Shown here in pieces: positions 29,910 through 40,205 of a DNA stretch of 64,000 nt. How positions within the stretch are numbered: position 1 is the first letter of the stretch; every line of letters starts with the position of its first letter. Both the position numbers and the translations under genes were made by a program. The stretch lies in the NCBI GenBank assembly GCA_963762145.1, contig CAVXJS010000009.1, positions 416,001 through 480,000 on the forward strand. Reading direction: 5' to 3'. Source of the stretch: an uncultured Candidatus Rokubacteria bacterium. Lineage in GTDB: Bacteria > Methylomirabilota > Methylomirabilia > Rokubacteriales > CSP1-6. The notes under the pieces were generated by a model. That model saw only the letters and a list, made by a program, of their open reading frames with translations, ran no database searches and had not been told where the DNA came from.

Positions 29910-30596
29910 GTGAAGACGCCTCCCCCGCCCGAGACCGGCCCTTCCGGCCCGCAGGCGCGTACCTACCGGCTGCTCCTCGGCCACGCGATGACCCTGGTGC
30001 GGCGCGGGCGCATCCCCTCGGTGCCCGAGCTCGCGGTGAAGGCACGCGTCTCCCGCGCCACCGCGTACCGCTACTTCCCCAGCCGCAGCAAGCTCGTGAG
30101 CGCGGTGGTCGCGGAGAGCCTGGCCCCGGTGCGGCGCTTCGAGCCCAGCGCGGCCGACGGGCTGGGCCGCGTGCGCGAGCTGTTCGACAAGACGTTCCCG
30201 CTGTTCAAGCGGTTCGAGCCGCACATGCGCGCGGCGCTCCAGCTCTCCCTGGAGCACGAGTCGCTCGAGCGGATGGGGCTGCTGGAGGAGGAGCCCTATC
30301 GGCGCGGGCACCGGCAGTACATGCTGCACCGGGCCGCCGCGCCGCTCGCAGCCACGCTGGGGCCCGAGGCGTACGACCGCCTGATCAAGGCCCTGTCGCT
30401 GGTCTACGGGATCGAGTCGTACGTGGTGCTGCGGGATATCTGGGGCGCGAGCTACCGCGAGGTGGAAGCGGTGGCGCGCTTCATGCTGGAGGCCCTGATC
30501 GAGTCGGCGCTGCGCCAGGCGCCGGCACCGCTCGCCGCGCGAGGCGGCAACCCTGCCAGAGCCAGACCCCCAGCGCGACCACGATCGCGGGGATGA
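29910..30596 (+). CDS. TetR family regulator
   Basis: SVPELAVKARVSRATAYRYFPS HTH. Confidence 0.9.
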   Translation: MKTPPPPETGPSGPQARTYRLLLGHAMTLVRRGRIPSVPELAVKARVSRATAYRYFPSRSKLVSAVVAESLAPVRRFEPSAADGLGRVRELFDKTFPLFKRFEPHMRAALQLSLEHESLERMGLLEEEPYRRGHRQYMLHRAAAPLAATLGPEAYDRLIKALSLVYGIESYVVLRDIWGASYREVEAVARFMLEALIESALRQAPAPLAARGGNPARARPPARPRSRG

Positions 30597-33096
30597 AACT
30601 CCAGTACGGCGCGGGCCGGCGGGGGTTGGGCAGCTTGATCTCCTCGATCGTGTAGCCCGCGCTCACCCCGAGCTTGCGGGCGGGGCTGCCGAACCGCACG
30701 TTCGTGATCCGGATCTTCTCGCCCACCGCCAGGGTCACCCCGGAGCTGCGGATCCGCTCGCGCCCGTCCGAGCCCGGACCCATCGGCAGCGCGACCACCT
30801 TGCGCACCTCGTCCCCCTCGATGGACTCGCCCTTCACGCTCACGATGAGCAGCTCGTCCGGCGGCAGCCGGTCCGCGATCCGGTAGATGTCCTGGGCGGG
30901 CGCGCCCACGTACTTCGGATGGAGCTGGTCGATCAGCCAGTCCGGCCGGAAGAACAGGAAGCTGGCGATCAGGAGCAGCGCGATCTCGATCACGTGGCAG
31001 CGGGTGCGGAACCACGCCATCGTCGCGGCCGCGAAGAGCAGCGAGGCCACCATCCCGGTCACCGCGACCAGGATCACCTCCCACCACGTGGACACACCGA
31101 TGAACAGGATCTGTGGGTTGAAGATGAACACGAAGGGCAGGACCGCGGTGCGGAAGCTGTACCAGGTGGCCTGCCAGCCGGTGGCGTTCGGGTCCTCGCC
31201 CGAGATGGCGGCCGCCGCGTAGGAGGCGAGGCCCACCGGCGGCGTCACGTCCGCCATGATGCCGAAGTAGAAGACGAAGAGGTGCACCGCGATGAGCGGG
31301 ATGACCAGCTCGGCCTGTGCTCCGAGCTCGACGATGACCGGGGCCATGATGGTGGCCACCAGGATGTAGTTGGCGGTCGTGGGGACGCCGGCTCCGATCA
31401 GCAGGCAGATCAGGCCGGTGAAGATCAGCATGACCAGCACGTTGCCGCCCGAGACGTACTCCACGAACTCGGTCATCATGAGGCCCATGCCGGTCAGGGT
31501 CATGACGCCCACGATCAGCCCGGCGCTGGCGGTCGCGACCCCGATGCCGATCATGTTGCGCGCGCCCAGCACGAGCCCGCGCCAGAGATCGCCCACGCCG
31601 CGCCAGGCCGCGCCGGCGAGCGCGCCCTGACGCCGGAACAGGGCGAGCAGCGGAGGCTGCACCACCACCATCGCCATCACGGTCACGGTGGCCCAGAAGG
31701 CGGAGAGACCCGGGGAGAGCTCCTCGACCATCAGGCACCAGAGCAGCACGATCAGCGGGATCGTGAAGTGAAGCCCGGACCGCACGGTGGGCCACGGCTC
31801 GGGCAGCCGGATGATCGGCGCGGTGGGATCGTCGGGCGGGAGATCGGGGTAGCGCGAGGAGTAGGCGAGGAGACCGAGATAGGCGCCCCCGGCCAGCACG
31901 GTCAGGACCCAGCCCGCCGCCGCGCCGAACGCGTACTGCACCCCGGTGACGACGTAGTAGAGGATGGCGCACACCGCCAGGGTGCCCAGGCCGCCCAGCG
32001 CGGCCTCGATCAGCTGGACCCGCCGGCCGCGGTGGGCAGAGCGCGGGATCGGCTGGAGATCGTACTTGAGCGCCTCCAGGTGCACGATGTAGAAGAGCGC
32101 CACGTACGAGATGATGGCGGGCAGCGCGGCGTGCTTGACGATGTCGCTGTACGGGATGCCCACGTACTCGACCATGAGGAACGCGGCCGCCCCCATCACC
32201 GGCGGCATGATCTGGCCGTTGATCGAGGAGGTCGCCTCGATGGCCCCGGCCTTCACGCCGGAATAGCCGGTGCGCTTCATCATCGGGATCGTGAAGATCC
32301 CGCCCGAGACCACGTTGGACACCGAGGAGCCGGACACCAGCCCGTTGAGCGCGGAGGACACCACCGCCACCTTGGCCGGGCCGCCCCGCAGGTGGCCGAG
32401 GAAGGCCACCGAGATCTGCATCATGTAGTTGCCCGCCCCCGCGATGTCGAGCAGGGTGCCGAAGAGCACGAACAGGAAGATGAACTGCACCGACACGCCG
32501 AGCGCGACTCCGTACACGCCCTCGGTGGTCAGCCACATGTGCGAGACCAGGCGCTGCACGCTGGCGCCCTTGTGCTGGATCACCTCCGGCATGTAGGGAC
32601 CGGAGAAGACGTAGAGGAGGAAGACGCCGGTGGTGATCAGCATCCCCATGCCCATGGCCCGGCGGGTCGCCTCGAGCATGATCGCGATCCCGGCGATGCC
32701 CACCGCGAGGTCGAGCTGCGTCGGCGTGCCCGGCCGCTGGGCCAGCTCGGCGTAGAACAGATACAGATACGAGCCGCAGAAGGCCCCGACCACCGCCAGC
32801 GCCCAGTCGGCCGCCGGCACCCGCCGGCGCGACGACGAGCGGAAGGCGGGAAACACCAGGAAGGCGAGGAAGATCGCGATCGCCAGGTGGATGGCGCGCG
32901 CCTCGGTGTCGTTGAACAGGCCGACGCGCAGGATGAACGGCAGCGGCGAGGCGTACCAGACCTGGAACAGTGACCAGCCGCCCGCGATCAGGGAAAGGAA
33001 GAGGCCGACCCGGCCGCCGGGCTCCCGGCCACCGAGGTCGGCCTCCTTGACGAGCTGCTCGAGTTGCTCGCTGCTGAACGGCTTCTGCTGCTCCAC
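30481..33096 (-). CDS. TRAP transporter fused 4TM/12TM permease
   Basis: GGPAKVAV; GSSVSNVV; GQIMPPVMGAAAF; DVTPPVGLA. Confidence 0.93.
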   Translation of the reverse strand: MEQQKPFSSEQLEQLVKEADLGGREPGGRVGLFLSLIAGGWSLFQVWYASPLPFILRVGLFNDTEARAIHLAIAIFLAFLVFPAFRSSSRRRVPAADWALAVVGAFCGSYLYLFYAELAQRPGTPTQLDLAVGIAGIAIMLEATRRAMGMGMLITTGVFLLYVFSGPYMPEVIQHKGASVQRLVSHMWLTTEGVYGVALGVSVQFIFLFVLFGTLLDIAGAGNYMMQISVAFLGHLRGGPAKVAVVSSALNGLVSGSSVSNVVSGGIFTIPMMKRTGYSGVKAGAIEATSSINGQIMPPVMGAAAFLMVEYVGIPYSDIVKHAALPAIISYVALFYIVHLEALKYDLQPIPRSAHRGRRVQLIEAALGGLGTLAVCAILYYVVTGVQYAFGAAAGWVLTVLAGGAYLGLLAYSSRYPDLPPDDPTAPIIRLPEPWPTVRSGLHFTIPLIVLLWCLMVEELSPGLSAFWATVTVMAMVVVQPPLLALFRRQGALAGAAWRGVGDLWRGLVLGARNMIGIGVATASAGLIVGVMTLTGMGLMMTEFVEYVSGGNVLVMLIFTGLICLLIGAGVPTTANYILVATIMAPVIVELGAQAELVIPLIAVHLFVFYFGIMADVTPPVGLASYAAAAISGEDPNATGWQATWYSFRTAVLPFVFIFNPQILFIGVSTWWEVILVAVTGMVASLLFAAATMAWFRTRCHVIEIALLLIASFLFFRPDWLIDQLHPKYVGAPAQDIYRIADRLPPDELLIVSVKGESIEGDEVRKVVALPMGPGSDGRERIRSSGVTLAVGEKIRITNVRFGSPARKLGVSAGYTIEEIKLPNPRRPAPYWSFIPAIVVALGVWLWQGCRLARRAVPAPGAAPTRSGPPA

Positions 33097-33110
33097 CGAG
33101 CCGCCGTCCG

Positions 33111-34085
33111 CTACTTGATCCAGCCCTTCTCCTTGTAGTAGCGGGCCGCGCCGTCGTGCAGCGGCGCGGAGAGGCCGTCCTTCACCATCGCCTCGGGCTT
33201 GAGCACCGCCAGGGCGGGATGGAGCTTCTTGAACTCGTCGAAGTTGTCGAAGACCGCCTTCACCACCGCGTAGATGGTGTCGGCCGGCACCTTGGACGAC
33301 GAGACGAAGGTGGCGAGGACGCCGTAGGTCTTCGTCTCCTGGGGGTTGGCCGGGTAGAGGCCGCCCGGGATGGTCGCGTAGGCGTAGTACGGCTTCTCCT
33401 TGACCAGCTTGTCGACCGCGGGTCCCGTGAGCGACACCAGCTTGGCCCCGCAGGTCGTGGTCGGGTCCTGGATGTTGGCGGAGGGGTGACCCACCGCGTA
33501 GAAGAACCCGTCGATCTTGCCGTCGCAGAGGGCGGGACCGTGCTCGTCGGCCTTGAGCTCGGAGGCGAGCCCGAAGAAGCTCATGCTGGCGCTCATCGCG
33601 CCCAGCAGCTCCTCCATCGAGGCGCGCGTGCCCGAGCCCGGGTTCCCCACGTTGAAGCGCTTGCCCTTGAAATCGGCGAAGCCCCGGGCGTCCGCTTCCT
33701 TGCGGGCCAGCACCGTGAACGGCTCGGGGTGCAGCGAGAAGACCGCCCGCATCTCGCTGAAGGCGCCGTCCTTGAACTGGTTGAGGCCGTTGGCCGCGTT
33801 GAAGTGCACGTCGGACTGGGCGACGCCCATGTCCAGCTCGCCCGCCTTGATGGTGTTGATGTTGAAAACGGACCCGCCGGTCGACTCGACCGAGCAACGG
33901 ATGCCGTGGGTCTTGCGGTCCTTGTTGACCAGCCGGCAGATCGCGCCGCCCGCCGCGTAGTAGACGCCGGTGACGCCGCCGGTGCCGATCGTGATGAAGC
34001 GCTGCTGGGCCGCGACCGGATCCGGGGCGCTCAGGACGCCGCTCAGGGCAAACGCCAGCAAGGTGATGAGGAAACGTGCCGCCAT
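33111..34085 (-). CDS. TAXI family TRAP solute receptor
   Basis: [13 protein letters not shown]; STGGSVFN; GNPGSG; PLHDGA. Confidence 0.95.
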   Translation of the reverse strand: MAARFLITLLAFALSGVLSAPDPVAAQQRFITIGTGGVTGVYYAAGGAICRLVNKDRKTHGIRCSVESTGGSVFNINTIKAGELDMGVAQSDVHFNAANGLNQFKDGAFSEMRAVFSLHPEPFTVLARKEADARGFADFKGKRFNVGNPGSGTRASMEELLGAMSASMSFFGLASELKADEHGPALCDGKIDGFFYAVGHPSANIQDPTTTCGAKLVSLTGPAVDKLVKEKPYYAYATIPGGLYPANPQETKTYGVLATFVSSSKVPADTIYAVVKAVFDNFDEFKKLHPALAVLKPEAMVKDGLSAPLHDGAARYYKEKGWIK

Positions 34086-34175
34086 CGATGGTCCTCCTCT
34101 AGCGGATGTGTGGGACAGTGCGAGTCTAGCAGAGGCGGGGCGCGGCCACAGCGCGCAACAAATGCGTGGAGCGAG

Positions 34176-35033
34176 CTAGCCCTTCACGCTCCCGGCGGTG
34201 AGACCTTCCACCATGTACTTCTGCAGATAGATGTAGGCCGCGATGACCGGCAGGGTCGTCAGCACCGCGCCCGCCATGAGGTAGCCCCAGCCGTAGACGT
34301 CGCCGGTGATGAACGTGGAGAGGCCCACCGGCAGCGTGCGCAGCTTCACGTTGGTGATGAAGACCAGGGCGTAGAGGAACTCGTTCCAGGCCTGGGTGAA
34401 GGCGTAGAGCCCGCTCGCGAGCAGGCCGGGCGCGGCCAGGGGCAGGATCACCCGGCGGAAGGCGCCGAAGCGGGTGGCCCCGTCGATCATCGCGGACTCT
34501 TCCAGCTCCACCGGGATGGACTCGAAGTACCCCATCAGCAGCCAGGTCACGAACGGCACCGTGAAGGACGGGTACGCCGCGATCAGTCCGGTGAGGCTGT
34601 CGGACAGCCCGAGGTTCCGGATCTGCGCGTAGAGCGGGATGAACAGGATCGACGGCGGCACCAGATAGGTGATCAGCACCGTGCTGGCCATGAACGCGCG
34701 GCCCAGGAACTTGAGGCGGGCCAGCGCGTAGGCGCCGAGGGTCCCGATCGCAGTGGCCAGGAACGTGCTCGCCACCGACACGATGATGCTGTTCTTGTAC
34801 CAGCTCACGAACTCGGTCTTGCTGAACAGGTGCTCGTAGTTCTCGGTCGCGAACGGGCTCGGCCAGAACATCGAGACCAGGCTACGCATCTGGGTCTCGC
34901 CCTTGAAGGACGTGACGATCATCCAGTAGAACGGGAAGATCACGAACAGGAGGAACGTGATCAGGATCGCGTATGACAGTGCGGACTGCGTCCGCTCGAT
35001 CTGGACCGTACTGCGGCCCTTCCGGACGATCAC
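34176..35033 (-). CDS. Carbohydrate ABC permease (MalG-like)
   Basis: FPFYWMIVTSFK; IPVELEESAMIDGA; WNEFLYAL. Confidence 0.92.
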   Translation of the reverse strand: MIVRKGRSTVQIERTQSALSYAILITFLLFVIFPFYWMIVTSFKGETQMRSLVSMFWPSPFATENYEHLFSKTEFVSWYKNSIIVSVASTFLATAIGTLGAYALARLKFLGRAFMASTVLITYLVPPSILFIPLYAQIRNLGLSDSLTGLIAAYPSFTVPFVTWLLMGYFESIPVELEESAMIDGATRFGAFRRVILPLAAPGLLASGLYAFTQAWNEFLYALVFITNVKLRTLPVGLSTFITGDVYGWGYLMAGAVLTTLPVIAAYIYLQKYMVEGLTAGSVKG

Positions 35034-35987
35034 CGCGTGCGGCCCTTTCTCATGTAATTGGACAGCACGATGATCACGAAGGCGAGCGGGGGCAGCATGT
35101 AGAGCGCGACCGCGATGGCCTCGCCCAGCCGCTGGGCCCCGAAGGCGATCTCGTAGGTGAGCACCGGCAGGACCATGGTGGCCCCGCCCGGGCCGCCCTT
35201 GGTCAGGATGTAGATGATCGCGAAGTCGTTGAACGTCCAGATAGTCGACAGCAGCACCACGATCATCAGGATGTTCCGGATGCCGGGGATCGTGACGTGG
35301 CGGAAGCGCTGCAGCGGGGTTGCGCCGTCCACCGCCGCCGCCTCGTAGAGCTCGCCCGGGATCGCCTTCATGCCGGCCAGGAAGCTGATGCCGAAGAACG
35401 GGAACCCGCGCCATACGTTGACGCCGATGACCGAGACTCATCGCGGTGCCGGGCTCGCTGAGCCAGCCCACACCCCGGCTCAGGACCCCGAACACGTTGA
35501 CCAGCAGATAGTTCAGCACGCCCAGGCTGTAGTCGTAGATCCACAGGAAGTTGAGCGCGGAGACCACGGTGGGAGCGACCCACGGGATCAGCAGCACGCC
35601 GGTCCAGAAGCTGCGGAACCGGATCTTGGAGGTGAGCACGAGCGCCATGCCCATGCCCAGCACGAGCTTGATGCCCACCGAGGCGAACGTGAAGATGAAG
35701 CTGTTGACGACCGCGCGCTGGAAGAAGCCGTCGTAGGTGAGGCGGACGTAGTTCTCGAGCCCGACGAACACCGGCGGCATGCCCACGTACTTGCGGGTCA
35801 TGCTGAGGTACACCGCGTAGCAGAAGGGGTACGCGACCAGCGCCAGCACCAGCACCACGATGGGCGCCACGAACAGGAAGCCCATCCGGTAGTCCGGCCC
35901 GAGGACACGCCGGAGCGTGACCTCGAGCCGGACGCGCGGCTGGATCAGCGCCGCCTTCTCGCGAAGCTGCGCGGCGGGAGTTGCCAT
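35030..35987 (-). CDS. Carbohydrate ABC permease (MalF-like), frameshift near 35435
   Basis: FVGLENY; LYEAAAVDGA; TKGGPG. Confidence 0.88.
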
Positions 35988-36000
35988 GTGACGCTCGACG

Positions 36001-37364
36001 CTAGGCCTTGCCGCGGATCTTGTAGATCTCCTCGATCCGCGCGTGCGCCTCCTTCAGCGCCGCCTCGGGCGAGAGCCCGCCCACCACCACGCGCCCCGCC
36101 ATGTCGGTGAGGATCTTCTGACCCTGCACCTCTGCCGCGGCCGTGGTCATTGGACCGGGATGTCCGAGGTTCACGCTCCGCAGGATGTTCTGCAACATCG
36201 CGTCGAAGTTCGGGTCGGATTTCCAGTACGGGTTGTCCACGCGTCCCTTGTAGACCGGGCCCGCCTGTCCCACCGACACCTGCGAGATACTCGTTGAAGC
36301 GCTTCTCGTCCTCGAGGTAGCGGATCAGATCCTCGGCCAGCTCGGCCCGCTGGCTCTTCTGGAAGACCGCCCAGTTGTAGCAGGAGGAGCCGACGAACGA
36401 TCCCGCGGGGCCGCCGGGCGTCAGCACGCAGAGCGTCTTCGGCGCCAGGTCGTGCTTCTTCGAGACCATCGCGTAGTAGAGGCTGGCCCCGTTGTTGGTG
36501 GTCACGAGCTTGCCTGCCATGTAAGACTCGTTGTTCGACACATCGGTCCAACCCATGACGCCTGGCGGTTGGATGCCGTGCTTCTTGATGGTGTCCACCG
36601 CGAACTGGAGCGCGGCCGTGTTCTGTTTCAGGTTGGACGTGCCCAGCGCGGGCTTGCCATCCTTGTCCCATACACCCCCGCCGTAGTCCCATAGGATGGT
36701 GTCCATGAACCCGTCACCGTCGTCCGATCGATTCAGGGTCTGGCCGAAGCCATACAGATCCTTCGAGGGATCCTGCGCTTTCTTGGCGAACTCGACCACG
36801 TCGGGGTCATAGACCTTGGGCACCTTGAGGCCCTTGGCCTCCATGATGTCCTTGCGAATGAAAAACACGGTGGTCATCGAGTACCGCGCTACACCTAGGA
36901 ACTTGCCGTCCGACTTCATGGCCCGTTCGGCATAGGGCAGCAGGCCACCCTTGCCCGTCGCAATCTCGGTTGCGACCTTGCTCATGTCGCGCAGTGCCGC
37001 CTTGTACCGCAGCGGCCCCCAGATATTCATCTCGCGCGAGGTCGGGTGGGTTCCCCGCTTCGATCGAGGCCACGAACTTCTGCTCGCGATCGCCGAAGGT
37101 CGCCCAGTCCATCTCGACCTCGACGTTCTTCTCCTTCGCCCACGCCTCGATCTGCTTGGCCACCACGTCGTTGCCCGCGGTGACGAAGCTCTTGAACAGC
37201 CAGACCCGTAGCTTGGTCTTCGCCTGCGCCGGGGCCATGCCGCGCAGCGCGTGCAGCCCCGCCGCGGTGCCACCGGTGATGACGGCCGCCTTGCGAAGGA
37301 ACTCGCGGCGGGCGATGAGACCTGCGTCGAGCTGCTCGGCCAGATTCTTGAGGCGAGTGTCCAT
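36001..37364 (-). CDS. Tat-exported sugar ABC substrate-binding protein, two frameshifts
   Basis: RREFLRK Tat motif; AGNPPDL; C-terminal SPEAALKEAH. Confidence 0.85.
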
Positions 37365-37418
37365 GAGGGGGGCTCCTCCTTTGGAGCGCGTGGGGCAGGT
37401 CCGGGAATGGCCCGAATG

Positions 37419-39743
37419 TTAACCCGGCGCCGATCCGCGGGCAAGCAAACCGTTCGCGGCGCGCGCGATGGCGGCCGCGTCCACGCCGTAGTGGCGATAG
37501 AGATCGCCGCGCGAGCCGGACTGGCCGAAGTGATCCACGCCGAGCGGGATCTGCGGCACGCCGAGCGCGCCGCCGAGGAATGCCAAGCGCGTGGGAGTGG
37601 CCGTCGAGCACCGACACCACCGGCACCCCTTCCTCCTCCGCCGACACGAGATCGAGTACGTATGGGCCCGTAGTCCGGAGCCCTCGGTGCAGCAGATCGG
37701 GGCTGGTGACCACGAACACGTTCGCGTGCACCCCGTCCGCGGCGAGCGCCCGGCTCGCCGCGACCGCTTCGGGCACCATCACGCCGGCCGCGAAGATGTG
37801 CACGGCGTCGCCTTCCGGGTCGTAGCCCGGCCGCTCCCGCGCGTCGATCAGGCGGTAGCCGCCCCGGAGCACCGCGTCACGGTACGCGGCGAGGGCGCGG
37901 GGGCGAGGGCCTGGTCGATGGGCTTGGTAGACAGCCGCAGGTAGAGGCTCTCGGCGTCTCCCCGCCGCACGAGACCGCGCAGTCCCTCGAGCAGGATCCA
38001 CTCGACCTCCGGCGCGAACGCGGGCTCGTAGTAGGTGATGGCGGGCAGCGCGATGCCGATACCCGGGGTGATCACCGACTGGTGCGCGCCACCCTCGGGC
38101 GAGAGGCTCACCCCCGACGGCGTCGCGGCCACGATGAAGCGCCCGCCCGCGTAGAGGGCGTGGTAGAGCGCGTCGAGCCCGCGCGTGACGAACGGATCGT
38201 AGAGCGTGCCGATCGGCAGCAGCGTCGTCCCGGACAGCTCGTGCGTGAGGCCGAAAGCACCCAGCGCGAGGAAGAGGTTGTGCTCGGCGATGCCGAGCTC
38301 GATGTGCTGGCCCGCGGGCGACTCCTTCCACTGCACCGCCTGCGGCCCCTCCGCGGTGAAGCCGGGCTTGGCGCGCGGGAAGTACACGCCCTTGCGATTG
38401 ATCCATCCCGCCAGATGCGTGGTCACCGACACGTCGGCGGAAAAGGTGACGACGCGGTCGCCGACGGGCAGGCGGCTCAGCCGGCCGAGGATGCGCCCGA
38501 ACGCCTCCTGCGTCGAGCTCTGGGCGGGATACGATTCCTCCAGCGCGTCCGGCACGTCGAGCGCCGCGTCGGGCTCTGGCGCCGGCGGCGCGTACGGCGC
38601 GGGCGCCCGGCGGATCAGGGCGGCCTCGGCGCTGGCCGGCGCGAACCCGGCCCATTCCTCGCCGGGCGCGAGGCCCAGCGTGGCGCGCATCTCGTCGAGC
38701 TGGCCCTGAGTGGCCAGGGCGCTGTGGTTCATGGGATCGCCGCCGAAAGGATAGCCCCAGCCCTTGATCGTGTCGGCCAGGATCACGCAGGGCCCGCTCC
38801 GCTTCCGGCCCGCTTCCTCGTAGGCTTCGAGGATCGACGCGAGATCGTGCCCGCCCACGTCGGCCACGAGCGCGCCGACCGCCTCGTCCGTGAGATCGCC
38901 GAGCAGCCGGTCCATCGCCGGGTCCGTCTCCCCCGTCGCGGTCGCGATCACCGCCTTGCGCGCGCCCGCGGGCGGCAGCCGCAGGAGCGACTGGTACTCC
39001 GCGTTGCCCATGCCCTCGAGGCGCGCGCGCAGCCGCTCGCCCCCCGGCCGTCCGAAGAGCGCGCGGAGACGTGATCCCCAGCGCAGCTCGATGACGTGCC
39101 AGCCCGCGCCGCGGAACCACTCGCGCAGCTGGCCCCGGCGCGCGTCGGGCACGATGCGATCGAGGCTCTGGCGGTTGAAGTCCACGACCCACATCAGATT
39201 ATCGAGCTCGCGCACCGCCTCTTCCAGGAGCGCCTCCCACACGTTGCCCTCGTCGAGCTCGGCGTCTCCCATCATGGCGATGAAGCGGCCGGGCATCGGC
39301 CGGGCACCGCGGTGCTGGCTCACATAGCGCGCCGCGAGGGCCCCGAAGGCCGCGCTCACCGCGCCCAGGCCCATGGAGCCGGTGGAGAGATCCACGATCT
39401 CGGGATTCTTGCGCCGGCTCGGATAGGCCTGCAGCCCTCCGAGCGTGCGCAGGCCACGGAGCTGATCGGCGGTGAGGCGCCCGCGCAGATACTCGATGGC
39501 GTACAAGACGGGAGAGGCGTGCGCCTTGGTGGCCACGATGTCGCCGGGCCGCAGCGCGTGGAAGTAGAGCGCGGTCATGAGCGAGACCACCGAGGACGCC
39601 GAGGCCTGATGGCCCCCGACCTTGGTCCCGTCCGGGTTCGGCCGGGTATTGGCGTGATGCACCAGCTGGGCGCTCAACCAGAGGACGCGCTTCTGGACGG
39701 ACTCGAGCTGGGCCAGGGGGACGGCGGCGGCGCGTGGGGCCAT
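37419..39743 (-). CDS. Transketolase-like pyruvate dehydrogenase E1 (AceE type), C-terminal frameshifts
   Basis: KVGGHQAS; STGSMGLG; GDAELDEGN TPP motif; PEGGAHQS; LGVDHFGQSG. Confidence 0.88.
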
Positions 39744-39905
39744 CGGCGCCCACCACCTTACCCCACGGAAGCCGCCCGAGGCCAGAGGGGCCGACCTGGT
39801 GTCAGCCGGTCGACGGCGGGGCGGTCTTACCTGGTAGTTTCTTCGGCAGGCACCGGCGGGCGGCGCCGCCCGTCCGCGAATCGCCTACTTACACCCCATG
39901 GCCCA

Positions 39906-39920
39906 TGGCACAGCGCTTGC
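39906..39920 (+). promoter_or_regulatory. Sigma54 promoter
   Basis: TGGCACAGCGCTTGC, near consensus. Confidence 0.75.
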
Positions 39921-39962
39921 CTTTTCTCTCCTCGAGCGATGTCGCATCGGGGAGGCATGATC

Positions 39963-40181
39963 ATGAACACAGGGATCAGGCGGCCCGTTCTGGTAGTGGC
40001 CATTCTCCTGGCTGCCTCGGGATACGCGGCGACCAAGGAGTGGGAGTGGCAGGCAGACGCGGATACCCTGCCCCTCCTGCACGTCTCGCAGATCGACCGG
40101 GGCGCCGCCGGCGGCCCGCGCGATGCGGGCTGGCGGACCGACGCGCTGACGGTGCAGCCCGAGCAGATCTTCCAGGACTGA
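39963..40181 (+). CDS. Small exported hypothetical protein
   Basis: GGAGG RBS; signal peptide PVLVVAILLAASGYA; sigma54 site upstream. Confidence 0.6.
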   Translation: MNTGIRRPVLVVAILLAASGYAATKEWEWQADADTLPLLHVSQIDRGAAGGPRDAGWRTDALTVQPEQIFQD

Positions 40182-40205
40182 TCGTCCAGGACTGCCCGGG
40201 CAAGC

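Noticed and set aside
30481-30596. Functional 116-bp convergent overlap of TetR and TRAP genes
   Set aside because: Both tails are low complexity; probably stop-codon drift or an indel
34176-35987. Fused MalF-MalG permease (603 aa)
   Set aside because: Frameshift near 35435; a GTGA stop/start overlap at 35030-35033 marks two genes
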